Virus record (IMG/VR): IMGVR_UViG_3300049149_000013 | Location: 2,647 to 66,646 of that record | Origin: a virus | Reading direction: 5' to 3' (one strand) | Length of the DNA: 64,000 nucleotides | In this document: positions 1 through 8,900 of the stretch, one piece after another | Position numbering within the stretch: position 1 is the first letter of the stretch | How the letters are laid out: each line of letters starts with the position of its first letter | Notes under the pieces: generated by a model | Seen by the model: only the letters and a program-made list of their open reading frames with translations | Told to the model about the DNA's origin: nothing | The model's database searches: none | Translations under genes and position numbers: made by a program

Positions 1-2
1 TC

Positions 3-287
3 TTCTACTCGCTGGACTACTCTTATATCAACTTCGAGCAATCACGGTTCCGCATACTCAATTATGACAAAAACTTCGGCAAGTACATTTTTTTGCTTGC
101 CAAGAACACGGTCGATGAAGTAATATACGCAGCGATCCGGACTAAGAAGAAGGTAGCTGATTTGGTGATCGACCGTTTTCGTAAGAGGACAAAACATGCC
201 AGACAATCTCAGCAAGCGAATCGAAAGCCTGAAGGGGAAACTAAAGGCGAAACCAGGAGAAGCCTCCCCATCGACTTCTCCACCTGA
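3..287 (+). CDS. SNF2-like helicase, C-terminal fragment (5' truncated)
   Basis: Frame is open from base 3: FYSLDYSYINFEQSRFRI...LLAKNTVDEVIY resembles helicase motif VI and the TVDE tail of phage SNF2 helicases. Confidence 0.7.
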   Translation, partial: FYSLDYSYINFEQSRFRILNYDKNFGKYIFLLAKNTVDEVIYAAIRTKKKVADLVIDRFRKRTKHARQSQQANRKPEGETKGETRRSLPIDFST

Positions 288-552
288 TGAGGTAAAGAAA
301 GTGGCAAAAGTCAAGAAAATCGTGAAGAAGGCAGTTAAAGCCAAGAACGGCGGTGGCGCACCGCGCGGACCGCAGGAAGTTCCTGATGGCTTCGTCTCGA
401 TTGCACAGCTAGCCGAGGAGGCGGAAATCACTCCCCAGTCAGCCCGTGTAAAGCTCCGCTCTTCAGATGTCGAACGTCCCGAGGGGCGTTGGCTCTGGAA
501 GTCGGGATCTAGCCAGCTGAAGGCTGCGCGCAAGGTCCTGGGTCTTGGCTAA
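196..552 (+). CDS. Small Lys-rich putative DNA-binding protein
   Basis: Basic N-terminal half; HTH-like C-terminus (SIAQLAEEAEITPQSARVKLR); AAGAGG RBS upstream. Confidence 0.6.
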   Translation: MPDNLSKRIESLKGKLKAKPGEASPSTSPPDEVKKVAKVKKIVKKAVKAKNGGGAPRGPQEVPDGFVSIAQLAEEAEITPQSARVKLRSSDVERPEGRWLWKSGSSQLKAARKVLGLG

Positions 553-964
553 GCCCGAGAACGGGTTATGGAAGTTCCTGCGGGCACGGATGCCCGTAGG
601 GACCCACTTCTCCCGTATTGAATCGCTCGATACAGCACCTGGCTTCCCCGACGTTCACTATACCCTGAAAGGCATGACCGGTAGCATGGAGCTTAAGTGC
701 CAGGAGTTCCCTACTGGTGAGTTTCCCTTTAAGGACGAATTACGCAAATCCCAGAAAGAGTGGATTGCAGATGAGTTAGCAGCTGGTGGCAAGGTCATCC
801 TAGTCCTTCAATGCCGCCAGATGATCTACTTCCTGGATGGACTATACGCTAACCAGCTCGATTCGATGACTGAATTAGATTGTAACGAACGTGCGGTAGT
901 GTTATGGACGAAGGGAGTATCCTGCAACGTTACCGCACTGGCCGAGTTCATGACGCAGACGTAA
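545..964 (+). CDS. VRR-NUC / Holliday-junction resolvase-like PD-(D/E)XK nuclease
   Basis: PGFPDV...MELK...LRKSQKEW motif pattern; lies next to the helicase. Confidence 0.75.
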   Translation: MAKPENGLWKFLRARMPVGTHFSRIESLDTAPGFPDVHYTLKGMTGSMELKCQEFPTGEFPFKDELRKSQKEWIADELAAGGKVILVLQCRQMIYFLDGLYANQLDSMTELDCNERAVVLWTKGVSCNVTALAEFMTQT

Positions 965-1239
965 GCTTTGCTGTAATCTTCCGCTCCCGGGGACGGTCTC
1001 TATGCTATACTTACCCCATACGGTCCCCATAGAGGGCCGATTCCCCGGGAATCGGGGAACCCCCCGAGAATCCGCCTTAAACGTCGCGCAGGGCTGCATA
1101 CGAGGCCGCAGGTGCGCCGATCTGCCGCCCCCCGGTACCCTACTAGCGACCCCCCTCCCTAAAACCGCGCCTAGGGCTTCCTATTGCGTTGTAGCTAGCT
1201 GCCTAGCTTACGCTTTGGCTTCGGATCGAAAAGGAACTG

Positions 1240-2562
1240 ATGATGAGAATAGCGTTCTGCACTACTTGTAAAGGGCGGGCACATCACGTAGCACGGACGT
1301 TACCAATCAACTTAGCTGACAACGACGATTACCAGGATTGCGTATTCGTCATCGTAGATTATGGTAGTCCCGATGGACTGATCGACTACCTGCGGAAGAA
1401 CCACGAGAAAGAACTTCAGAGTAACAGGGTGGTAGTCTACTCTGCTCCCAACGCGGGTCCGTTCCGAATGGCGCATGCGAAGAATATGGCTCACCGTCTT
1501 GGGATTCACGAAGGAGCCAAGATCCTCTGCAACCTGGATGCCGATAATATGACCGGCAAAGGATTTGCCAAGTATATAGCCAACCACTTTACGATGGAAG
1601 GTATGGATACCTTTCTCTGGGCGCGAATGATTCCCGGCGTATTCGCCCGGGGTATCTCAGGGAGGATTGTAGTGCCTGCGCAGATGTTCCTTAAGGCAGG
1701 TGGCTATAACGAGCAGTTTGAGAACTGGGGTCCGGACGACAAGGATTTTAACGCGCGGCTCTCCCGTATGAACTACCGACCCTTTGAGATTCCCGGGGAC
1801 TATCTGAAAGGCATCAAGCACGATGATAGAATCCGGTTCAAGGAGTATCCGCACGTTCGCCCGCCGCCGGATAGCTCGCAGGAACAACCCATCGATCCCT
1901 GCGCGCCGAATATCTCCAATAACGGCAACATCGGTTGCGGCGTGGTTAAGAGCCTCTGGCATCGTATGACCTTGCCGCTCGGGCATATCGCCACGCGGGT
2001 TTTCGGCATTGGCATGCACAAGACCGGCACGACCTCGCTATGCGCAGCGCTAACCATGCTCGGCATGGATTGCTCGCACTGGACGACGGCTCGCCATGCC
2101 CGTACGATCTGGGAACAGATGAGAGCCGAGGGTCATTCGGTAGAGCTGGAACGCTACTACGCGGCCACCGATCTTCCCATCTCCCTGCTATACAAGGAAC
2201 TCGACCGAGCTTACCCGGGATCGAAATTCATCCTAACCCTGAGACCCGAAGAACAATGGCTAGACAGCATAGAGGCTCACTTTAGTGAACGTAACCCGTA
2301 CCGCAATACTTGGGATATTGATTGTTTTACTCATCGCGTACATCGTGAACTCTACGGACGAAAGACCTTCGACCGACAAACCATGCACGATGCTTACATC
2401 AAACATAATCGCGAAGTGTTAGATTACTTTCGCAACCGGCCTCACGATCTACTGTTAGTTCATATGGATAGCAACAGTATTTGGCCTAAGCTTTGCGGTT
2501 TCCTAGGCGCGGTATGCCCGGGAGATCCCTACCCTCGGGAGAATATGACACGCGCTAGCTAA
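1240..2562 (+). CDS. GT-A/GT2 glycosyltransferase fused to a sulfotransferase domain
   Basis: N-terminal VDYGSPDG, DAD and GGYNE..ENWGPDDKD motifs; C-terminal FGIGMHKTGTTSL (PAPS-binding), YPGSKFILTLR and WPKLCGFLG. Confidence 0.85.
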   Translation: MMRIAFCTTCKGRAHHVARTLPINLADNDDYQDCVFVIVDYGSPDGLIDYLRKNHEKELQSNRVVVYSAPNAGPFRMAHAKNMAHRLGIHEGAKILCNLDADNMTGKGFAKYIANHFTMEGMDTFLWARMIPGVFARGISGRIVVPAQMFLKAGGYNEQFENWGPDDKDFNARLSRMNYRPFEIPGDYLKGIKHDDRIRFKEYPHVRPPPDSSQEQPIDPCAPNISNNGNIGCGVVKSLWHRMTLPLGHIATRVFGIGMHKTGTTSLCAALTMLGMDCSHWTTARHARTIWEQMRAEGHSVELERYYAATDLPISLLYKELDRAYPGSKFILTLRPEEQWLDSIEAHFSERNPYRNTWDIDCFTHRVHRELYGRKTFDRQTMHDAYIKHNREVLDYFRNRPHDLLLVHMDSNSIWPKLCGFLGAVCPGDPYPRENMTRAS

Positions 2563-2617
2563 CAGCTCGCTCCCGGGCGTATACTAGGCGCGGACCTTAG
2601 CGCTAAGGAGGCCCAAG

Positions 2618-2860
2618 ATGATAATGAAGAAGATCTTATGGATGATCCCTGCGTTAGCACTCGCATCCCCAGTGCTAGCAACGGGTGTTTACGAAGCCCA
2701 CAATAAGTGGCCGGGGATGGAACGTGAACACAATCATGGAGATTGTGATCATAAGGAATGCAAAGCGGGTGATCCGGTTGGCGTTCCTGAACCAGGCACG
2801 GCAGCACTGTTAGTGCTTGGGATCGGCGGTATCATTGCGGCAACACGCCGCAGGAGGTAA
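2618..2860 (+). CDS. Small PEP-CTERM sorting-domain protein
   Basis: Signal peptide; C-terminal VPEPGT, TM helix and RRRR; AAGGAGG RBS. Confidence 0.85.
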   Translation: MIMKKILWMIPALALASPVLATGVYEAHNKWPGMEREHNHGDCDHKECKAGDPVGVPEPGTAALLVLGIGGIIAATRRRR

Positions 2861-2866
2861 GGGCGA

Positions 2867-3517
2867 ATGAATAAGTTGGTAGTCCTGGCGGCTGCTGCAA
2901 TGATGGGAACTGCCGCCGCCCATGCTACGGAGGTGTTATCGTTCGGCCAGAGCGTCGCTGGTTCCGCGCCTATTACAGGTACGGAATCCGGAGGCGTCAC
3001 GACCATAATGGCGAACGCTGCACCTATCTCCTTGACGTCCTGTCTCTTGTGCTCGACGATCATCGGCTCTGAGACCCTGACCCTTGATGCGACGAGTGTC
3101 GGACCGGCGTTCAGCTTCCACGGCTTCGTGGTGCAGAACTTCACTGGCACTTTTGAGATTCTGTCGTCTACGGGTCAGAATATCCTTTCGGGATCGTTCA
3201 GCGATGCAACGTTTGGCGCAGGAACAAGTCTCACGCTCTCGGCATCAAATGCCTTCAATGGGGAAACGTTGACCTTCACGTCAGGCGTGATTAAATCATC
3301 GATTCTCGATCCGAAGGCAATGAGCTTGAGTCTTGCGGACGTTACTCCATTCGTAGGCACGACTGACGGATCGCTATCATCCTTCACAGGATCGATTGCG
3401 GGTACCTTTAGTGCCTCACCCCGGGTAACGGGAGTTCCAGAGCCAGGAGCGGCATCGATGATGCTGCTTGGGCTTGCGGGAATCGGCGTTGCCGCATGGA
3501 GACGGAGACGTAAGTAA
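2867..3517 (+). CDS. PEP-CTERM sorting-domain protein (Ser/Thr-rich)
   Basis: Signal peptide ending in AHA; C-terminal VPEPGAASMMLLGLAGIGVAAWRRRRK. Confidence 0.92.
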   Translation: MNKLVVLAAAAMMGTAAAHATEVLSFGQSVAGSAPITGTESGGVTTIMANAAPISLTSCLLCSTIIGSETLTLDATSVGPAFSFHGFVVQNFTGTFEILSSTGQNILSGSFSDATFGAGTSLTLSASNAFNGETLTFTSGVIKSSILDPKAMSLSLADVTPFVGTTDGSLSSFTGSIAGTFSASPRVTGVPEPGAASMMLLGLAGIGVAAWRRRRK

Positions 3518-3528
3518 TCCTGAGACTA

Positions 3529-3557
3529 GGGGCGGGCAGGAGGCCCGCCTCTTTTTT
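3529..3557 (+). terminator. Rho-independent terminator
   Basis: GGCGGGC/GCCCGCC stem followed by CTTTTTT. Confidence 0.8.
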
Positions 3558-3575
3558 AACCTTCAGGAGATGACA

Positions 3576-3764
3576 ATGCCAATGGTTCATACACTTCTAG
3601 TCTTTCTCATCCTTATCGCAATCATCGGACTGATCCTTTGGGGAGTCGGGCAGATCCCCGGCATCCCGCCAATCGTAAAGACCATAGCCTACGTAGTAGT
3701 CGGCGTCATCCTGTTGCTTTATCTATTGGAACTAGTAAGCGGCGGACAACTCTCGCTGAAATAA
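3576..3764 (+). CDS. Small two-TM membrane protein
   Basis: AGGAG RBS; two hydrophobic helices separated by IPGIPP. Confidence 0.7.
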   Translation: MPMVHTLLVFLILIAIIGLILWGVGQIPGIPPIVKTIAYVVVGVILLLYLLELVSGGQLSLK

Positions 3765-3765
3765 T

Positions 3766-4059
3766 ATGCTTATTCGACAGCTCCGTTCAGTCTGGGTTCC
3801 TTATGAGGTCCTTCACGAGGCCGATCCTAGGGGAAAGCTCTGCAACGACATCCCGAGGTTCTGCCACCCCGAGGAGTGCAAGGACTTCATTCAGTTCAAC
3901 GGGAGCAAGCTCAGGAAGCGATTAATTCAATTCCGTGAGCACTATGAAGAAGAATTCAAAAAGCAATATGCAATGGGAGTGGGCCGCACGATTAAATGGC
4001 GGTACGGCCCATCCTATGCAGGCATCACTCACGACCGGCACGGTGATCGTGATTACTAG
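3766..4059 (+). CDS. Hypothetical protein
   Basis: Starts 1 nt after the previous stop and converges on the late arm. Confidence 0.5.
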   Translation: MLIRQLRSVWVPYEVLHEADPRGKLCNDIPRFCHPEECKDFIQFNGSKLRKRLIQFREHYEEEFKKQYAMGVGRTIKWRYGPSYAGITHDRHGDRDY

Positions 4060-5315
4060 ACCTTAAAGCTTCCCAGCCGTTCCTTCGACCGGTTAATCGA
4101 TTGATTGATATTACGCATTGCTCCAGGTAGCGGTATGCGCGGCCTGCGAGCACCAGGGAACCCCGCATGTTGCCCTGCCATCGGTCCGCTTATTAGGCTT
4201 TGCAGGGGTGAAGGCGGACGCATCATTTGCCCGGGCATCTGGCCTGGCAGCGTCGGCATTCCTCCGGGGGGCGATATCCTACCGCCTCGTGCCCTCATCC
4301 CAGCGCGCATTCCCTGGAACGGCATCGGACGCATCATGCCAGGATGCACCATCGGTGGGCGCATTGCCGGAGCACGCCCGATACCTCCCTGCTGCGCTGC
4401 CGCTAGTTGTGGGCCTAGCTGACTAAGCATGCCACCTGCCATCGGTGGGCGAACGCCTCCAGCCGCCACACCGCCCGGGCCTAGCTGGAAGGGATTACCA
4501 CCCGTAACATTACCCATGCCACTAGGTCCGCCCGCAGGACCCGCATTCCATGCCCCCCCTGGACCAAATCCTTGCATCGGTCCCGCGCCTCCCGCTCCTG
4601 CCCCCATTATGCTACCTATATTACCAAATGCTCCACCACCGGATACCGGCCCCGCCTGCGGTCCACCAGGAGGAGTTGGCGTAGGCGGAGGAGACATCAT
4701 TCCACCGAGTGCTCCGCCACCTCCCGGCGGCATCTGTACGGGTCCACTAAACCCACCGCGCATGCTAGGTGGCAAGTTATTATTCTGCTGAATAAGCGAA
4801 GACCAGAGACTAGGCGGAATGCCCGTAGGTGGGGGTTGATTCGGATCTGCGTACCCGAAGCTCCCCGGACCCTGCGGCACCGCTGTACCTGCTCCACCAG
4901 CTCCTCCGAACAAACCTCCAAAGCCCGTAGCACCAGGATTAGCATTCTTAAGGTTAGCGATCATGCTAGCCAGATCGGGTGTAGCCTGCTGAGGAGGCTT
5001 ATATCCTGGTTGAGCCATAGGAGACCTAGGATCGAGCGTACTGCCGAAATACCCAGGACTACCGGGACCGGATGTCGGGAAGCCCCCGCCACCAGTAGGA
5101 GGTTGATTTAGAGCGGTACCTGCGGCTCCGAGACCGGCAGCCATACCGCCTAACTGATACTTCTTGCGGCCTTTCATTGCGCGACTTAACATAGCCGATC
5201 CTTTATCAGCTTGGTTGAATTCTGACGATACTTTCTGTGGTGGGCAGGATTCGTAGCCAGCACCATGCGAGCATGCTGCCATAAACCGTGCCTGCTCCGG
5301 TGTCTTGCTAGGCAT
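4056..5315 (-). CDS. Gly/Pro/Met-rich putative internal virion protein
   Basis: Last gene of the late arm; MPSKTPEQARFMAA N-terminus; YQLGG and ARGG motifs; low complexity. Confidence 0.7.
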   Translation of the reverse strand: MPSKTPEQARFMAACSHGAGYESCPPQKVSSEFNQADKGSAMLSRAMKGRKKYQLGGMAAGLGAAGTALNQPPTGGGGFPTSGPGSPGYFGSTLDPRSPMAQPGYKPPQQATPDLASMIANLKNANPGATGFGGLFGGAGGAGTAVPQGPGSFGYADPNQPPPTGIPPSLWSSLIQQNNNLPPSMRGGFSGPVQMPPGGGGALGGMMSPPPTPTPPGGPQAGPVSGGGAFGNIGSIMGAGAGGAGPMQGFGPGGAWNAGPAGGPSGMGNVTGGNPFQLGPGGVAAGGVRPPMAGGMLSQLGPQLAAAQQGGIGRAPAMRPPMVHPGMMRPMPFQGMRAGMRARGGRISPPGGMPTLPGQMPGQMMRPPSPLQSLISGPMAGQHAGFPGARRPRIPLPGAMRNINQSINRSKERLGSFKV

Positions 5316-5995
5316 TACTTTAAATCCTTCGGGTCAAAAACCGCGAGTGAGTTTAGATCATTCCTACCTGCTAGTTCGTCAGTTCCCATAAAATCCCGGT
5401 AATAGGCTGAATCATAACCTAACCCTTGCAAACGTTCTTGCATCTTCAGCAACTCGGGCGTACTCAGATTAATACCCATTGTAATCGATCTACGGGGCAG
5501 ACGGTCTATGTAAGTAAACCCTCGACTTGGTTCCCATTCAGGATCAGCAGCCAGGAACTTAGCTAGATTCTGTCCACTAGGCGCGAAGCGATCCGCGCGT
5601 TCCATTACGGCTTGTCGTAGCTGAGGATTATCCGAAAGCGCTGTCGAGAGCATATCATGGTAAAGGTCCCTTCCCATATTCCCAGGCAAGAGGGAAAGTG
5701 GATTTGATACATTAGGGTTAACCTCGAACACCTTATAACCTCGACCCCGATCCGCCGCTATCGCCGCTGCATGCTCGGGATGCTCCGCCAAATGCACAGC
5801 TCCAGGCAGAAGTGTGCCTCGTTCTCCAGGTATAATTCTAGTAAAGGTAGTAGGATCTGTTTTTCCCCCATGATACCATGGATGGCTCTGGATCTCCTCT
5901 AGTAACTGAGCTAGTCTCTCAGCTACGTTTACCTCGCCTCCGCCCGCGAAGTAACCCCCTAGCAGGACCACCCTGCGCCATTGCCGGTTCCTCAT
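5315..5995 (-). CDS. ADP-ribosyltransferase-like (ART-PolyVal-type) domain, probably the frameshifted C-terminus of the upstream large protein
   Basis: WYHG...GAVHLA...NPL...GYDS...LAVFDPKDLK pattern; FAGGGEVNVAERLAQL near its start matches MAGGGEIGLAERLAQL in the upstream ORF. Confidence 0.6.
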   Translation of the reverse strand: MRNRQWRRVVLLGGYFAGGGEVNVAERLAQLLEEIQSHPWYHGGKTDPTTFTRIIPGERGTLLPGAVHLAEHPEHAAAIAADRGRGYKVFEVNPNVSNPLSLLPGNMGRDLYHDMLSTALSDNPQLRQAVMERADRFAPSGQNLAKFLAADPEWEPSRGFTYIDRLPRRSITMGINLSTPELLKMQERLQGLGYDSAYYRDFMGTDELAGRNDLNSLAVFDPKDLK

Positions 5996-8900
5996 CCTCA
6001 GGCTGCGGCTGATACTCCTTCTGCATCCTGCCCAGATCCCGATTCGTCATCCTGCCCATAGCCTGCATAGCTATCTCACGACCCAGGGGAGCTTCCATCT
6101 CCTCCTGAGCCTCCGCTACATCGTCCGAGGTAAAGTGAATCGGCGCAGACGGACCGAAATAATTCTCATGCTTACCTATCAGCTCCTTCAGGCGCTCAAG
6201 CAGATCCCGATGAGCGTCTGCTCGCTGCTGAGTCTCTATCTCGTCATCGGACATTGCAGGCTCGGCGGGCGGAGGAGGTTCCCCCGGCTGACCTCCAATA
6301 GTCGGATGTTGCAGGGTGTGAAGTCTATTCCTCGTAGCTTCCCAGTCTATCCCACCACCCTCAGCCATCCCTCCCCCGCCCCCATCATCTACTCCCGAGG
6401 TTCCCGGCACGGTCGTATAGAGCGCAGGCGAACCATACATGTGTTTAAAGTGACCGCCTCTCGCCTGACCCGGAGGCTTATCATAGATGCTAGTCCAATT
6501 GCGGCTCTGAATATCCTTAGCATGCTCTGCCATCTCAGGACTGGTCTCGGCTACCTGGGTAAAGATATCCTGAGGCTTTGCTTCTGTTGCCCAGCCCCGG
6601 TTAAGGACATCGGCAGCATGGGCCTTCATCTCCGGGCTTGAGGTAAGTTTCTCCCAGAGCTGGGCGAGCCTCTCAGCAAGGCCGATCTCTCCACCCCCTG
6701 CCATGCGGGGAGGCGGCGCGCTCTGCCCCATAAACATTCGACGCTGGAGCAACTGATCTAAGAAGTTTTCCTCGGTCTCAGGAGGTGGGGTCTGCCCGCC
6801 TTCCGCCATGCCTGCCGTTACCGGACTTCCGCCCGGGAAGTGAACTGTCTGACCTTCATCTAGGCCACGCAGATGCCGTTGATAGGCTTCGTCGCCAATC
6901 TCCTTCTGGATATCCTTGCCGACGCTGGTATCTTCCGGTTCAACCGAGTTCGGGTCCGGTCCCTGATGCCTGGCATGTTCGATCATTTGTTCGGGACGCA
7001 TCCGGCCTCCACCGCCTCCACCCCTAAGTCGGTCGAGCGCATCCCCTGCCGAGCCTATCAGCGCGTTAAGGCTACCCCATTCGGTAGCCATTGCCGGCCA
7101 ACTACGCAACGGGGAAGCTCCTAGCCAACCCATTAAATGAGAACCTGCACCTTCGGCAGGAAGGCCCGGGATCGGGATAACCGCTGAAGGAGCTTCCTCA
7201 AAGAAATGTTGCTTAAACGTATGGGCTGGCGGTAATCCTACGCTACGTTGGATCTTCCCCTCAAGAGCCTCGGCCCGCTCACCTGCCGCTTTCGATCCAG
7301 GCATCATCGAGGAGATTGGATGACCCTTCGATTCGTCACCTAGGTTAGCTCCCAGCAATCTAGCCGGTAGTGTGGCATATCCCTCGAATAGCCGAGCGAG
7401 GGCATGAGGTGTCGAGTATAGCCTATCGAGTATCAGGGGAGGTGTAGACCCCGGACCGGGATGGAGAATATCCCCTCCTGCCACCAGATGACCTTGCGGA
7501 TCAGTACCATAAACCTGTTTTGCCAACGAGGTAACGGCACGCGCCGCAAGTTCCCCGGGAGGATTATCGGGGTCATCGTACTTAGCTGGATCTGTTCCAG
7601 CTGCCTTCATCTCCGCTGCCGCCTCGGCCTCTCTCTCAGCAATTGATCTCTGAACTCTATTTCTCAAAGCCGTAAGCGATGATTCGTAATCCGGCTGATA
7701 GTTCGCCGGGATACCCTCGTTACCCTTAATCGTTGGTCCGGTAATAAGGTCTGACAGGGAAGGACCACCTTCCTGGAAATGCTTGCGGGTCATCGGATTA
7801 GAGGTATAGGTTGGCTTCTGCTCCTCCTCGGATGCCTGCGCCAGCATATACTCCTGCATTTTCTTCAGAAGTTCCTTATGAGCTTCCTGTTCTTCGCCAG
7901 GTACTTGCCTCTCACTCTCAACTAGAACATTCTCAAGACTCGGCTGATCCCCTGTTGTCGAACCACCCTCGGCATGCTCGGTTACGGCAGGAGTCTTACC
8001 GGCTGCGGCCATACGGTCGTAGATTAGATCCTCAGGGTTAATACCGGACTGCTGCAACTGATTGCCTACCTGGCGGATATGGGCGGCATCGGCATCCTGG
8101 ATTTCCCCGACCGGCGTACGCATGAAATCATGGTACCTTTCGAGGAAGTGCTCAATAAGCTCGGAGAGGTTCACTGCGGTCTTAACCTCACCGCCCCCGG
8201 CCATGCCATGCTGCTGCCGTTCGTCCTCGCGCGAGACGAGGTAATCAGTGCTATACCCTAAGTGATGAAGGGCATGTCTTAGATGGTCCACTGGACCTCC
8301 GTGCTTCCAGACCGGTACGCCTGCTGCCTTAACGCGCGCTAAGTCATCTGGATTAGTCATATCAATTGCATTCTCAAATGTCTTTTTACGAAGTGGGTTC
8401 TGTTCAGGAGGCGCTTTATAAGTTTGCTCGTACCAGTCCCAGAGCGGACGCATCGACTCACCGGCCTCGCGGGATGCTTGCTCCCAGTTATAGTGCATAT
8501 TCTGGTAAGCACGGGAACGCTGCATATCCGCCCATGCCTGCTGATTCTTCGGCTCATCTTCTACCCAGTTATCCTCCTCATCGTAGTGGCCACTCTCCCG
8601 AGGACGGTACTGCATTTCTACATCATTAATTTCTTTGGCATGTTTGCGCATATCCGCAATAGCCTTATAAAACTTATCCTCCATCGTTCCTTCTGCGGCG
8701 GGAACGTCTTCACCAGTTTCGGGATTAAAGGCACCTAATCCCATCTCCTCACGTTTCTCTACTGGAACCTTATCAACCATATGCTGCCAGAGCCGTTCGT
8801 ACTTGCCTGGAACCTCGTACCTATTCCATTCATCGCCCTCGGCGTTTAGAACCTGGCGGATATAGTTATCAAGTGTCGGGTGGGCCCAATCGGGCACGTC

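Noticed and set aside
1002-1271. 89-aa ORF
   Set aside because: No convincing RBS; it overlies a promoter-like TATACT and the ~100-bp repeated element, so it is probably non-coding.
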